This document shows positions 63,644 to 64,000 of a stretch of DNA of 64,000 nt, one piece after another; position 1 is the first letter of the stretch, and each line of letters opens with the position of its first letter. The stretch is from a virus. The notes under the pieces were generated by a model. That model ran no database searches. It saw nothing but the letters and a program-made list of their open reading frames with translations, and had not been told where the DNA came from. The position numbers were made by a program, and so were the translations under genes. The stretch is from positions 64,626 through 128,625 of IMG/VR virus record IMGVR_UViG_3300047994_000617. One strand, 5' to 3'.

Positions 63644-64000
63644 CGCCTCGGACCGCCTCGACGAACCTCTTCACGCCGCACCCTCCCGCCTCGAGTGGGC
63701 CCCATTGAAACGCGCTGACCATCGCGACCGAGAGCGCAAGCCCTCGACTCCCCGCCGGACATCCGCCCGGCGAGGCCCCGTTGCCCGATGAGACCCCAAC
63801 GCCACCCCGAGCCGCGTACGCCCTTCGTGCTGCAGGATGCGCAGGGCCGCACCTGGACCATCCTCCACACGGCGGAGCGCTCCTACCTCGCTGCGGCCTC
63901 CGCGTTCCACGTGGAGATCACCGCCGAGCACGCGCGCGCCAAGCGCGGCGCGGCGGCCGACGCGGAGAAAGCCGCCCGAGAGCGCCTTGCAGCGAAGTAG

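Larger units (their letters stand above)
1..64000. mobile_element. Part of a large phage-plasmid / prophage-like element (myxobacterial host inferred)
   Basis: ParA+RHH partition pair, serine recombinase, three antirepressor-like genes, lysins, holin-like genes and a DarB-like protein; no housekeeping genes. Element boundaries are not visible in the window. Confidence 0.8.

Noticed and set aside
1-64000. Major capsid, terminase/packaging ATPase, portal, tail tube, replicase, conjugation genes, rRNA and tRNA
   Set aside because: None could be recognised by eye, so virion type (tailed or tailless) and mobility mode remain undetermined.

Overview
Very GC-rich (visually about 70-75%) window that looks like part of a large phage-plasmid or temperate virus-like element from a myxobacterium. 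The host assignment rests on Polyangiaceae/Sorangium-style cargo: a Ser/Thr kinase with Cys-rich repeats, a TPR protein and Cys-rich lipoproteins. There are no housekeeping genes, and many genes are translationally coupled through ATGA/GTGA overlaps. The plus-strand blocks look late or virion-associated: a CHAP-like+SpoIID lysin, three paralogous fibre/spike-like proteins, a histone-H1-like protein, a 3427-aa DarB-like adenine MTase-SNF2 helicase, a ~3200-aa mosaic protein (serpin, papain-like protease, PG-binding domain, internal repeats), holin-like genes, a nucleotide/DNA-modification enzyme cluster and a GH25 lysozyme. The minus-strand blocks look early: antirepressors, a PD-(D/E)XK nuclease and DUF6197-like paralogs. 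The right end carries ParA, an RHH partner, a candidate centromere and a serine recombinase. I could not recognise a capsid, terminase, portal or replicase here. The strongest unexplained signal is a short peptide tag, R-x-x-G-F-A-[LSA]-L, present 11 times at the termini of six otherwise non-paralogous enzymes (DarB-like MTase/helicase, 2H phosphoesterase, two PP-loop/PAPS-reductase-like proteins, Nudix, DUF6884), which may be a shared packaging, delivery or assembly signal for an anti-defence/DNA-modification toolkit. The second giant protein has [DE]-[AT]-G-x motifs at nearly every domain boundary, as a processed polyprotein might. All family calls come from reading motifs by eye; no searches were run.
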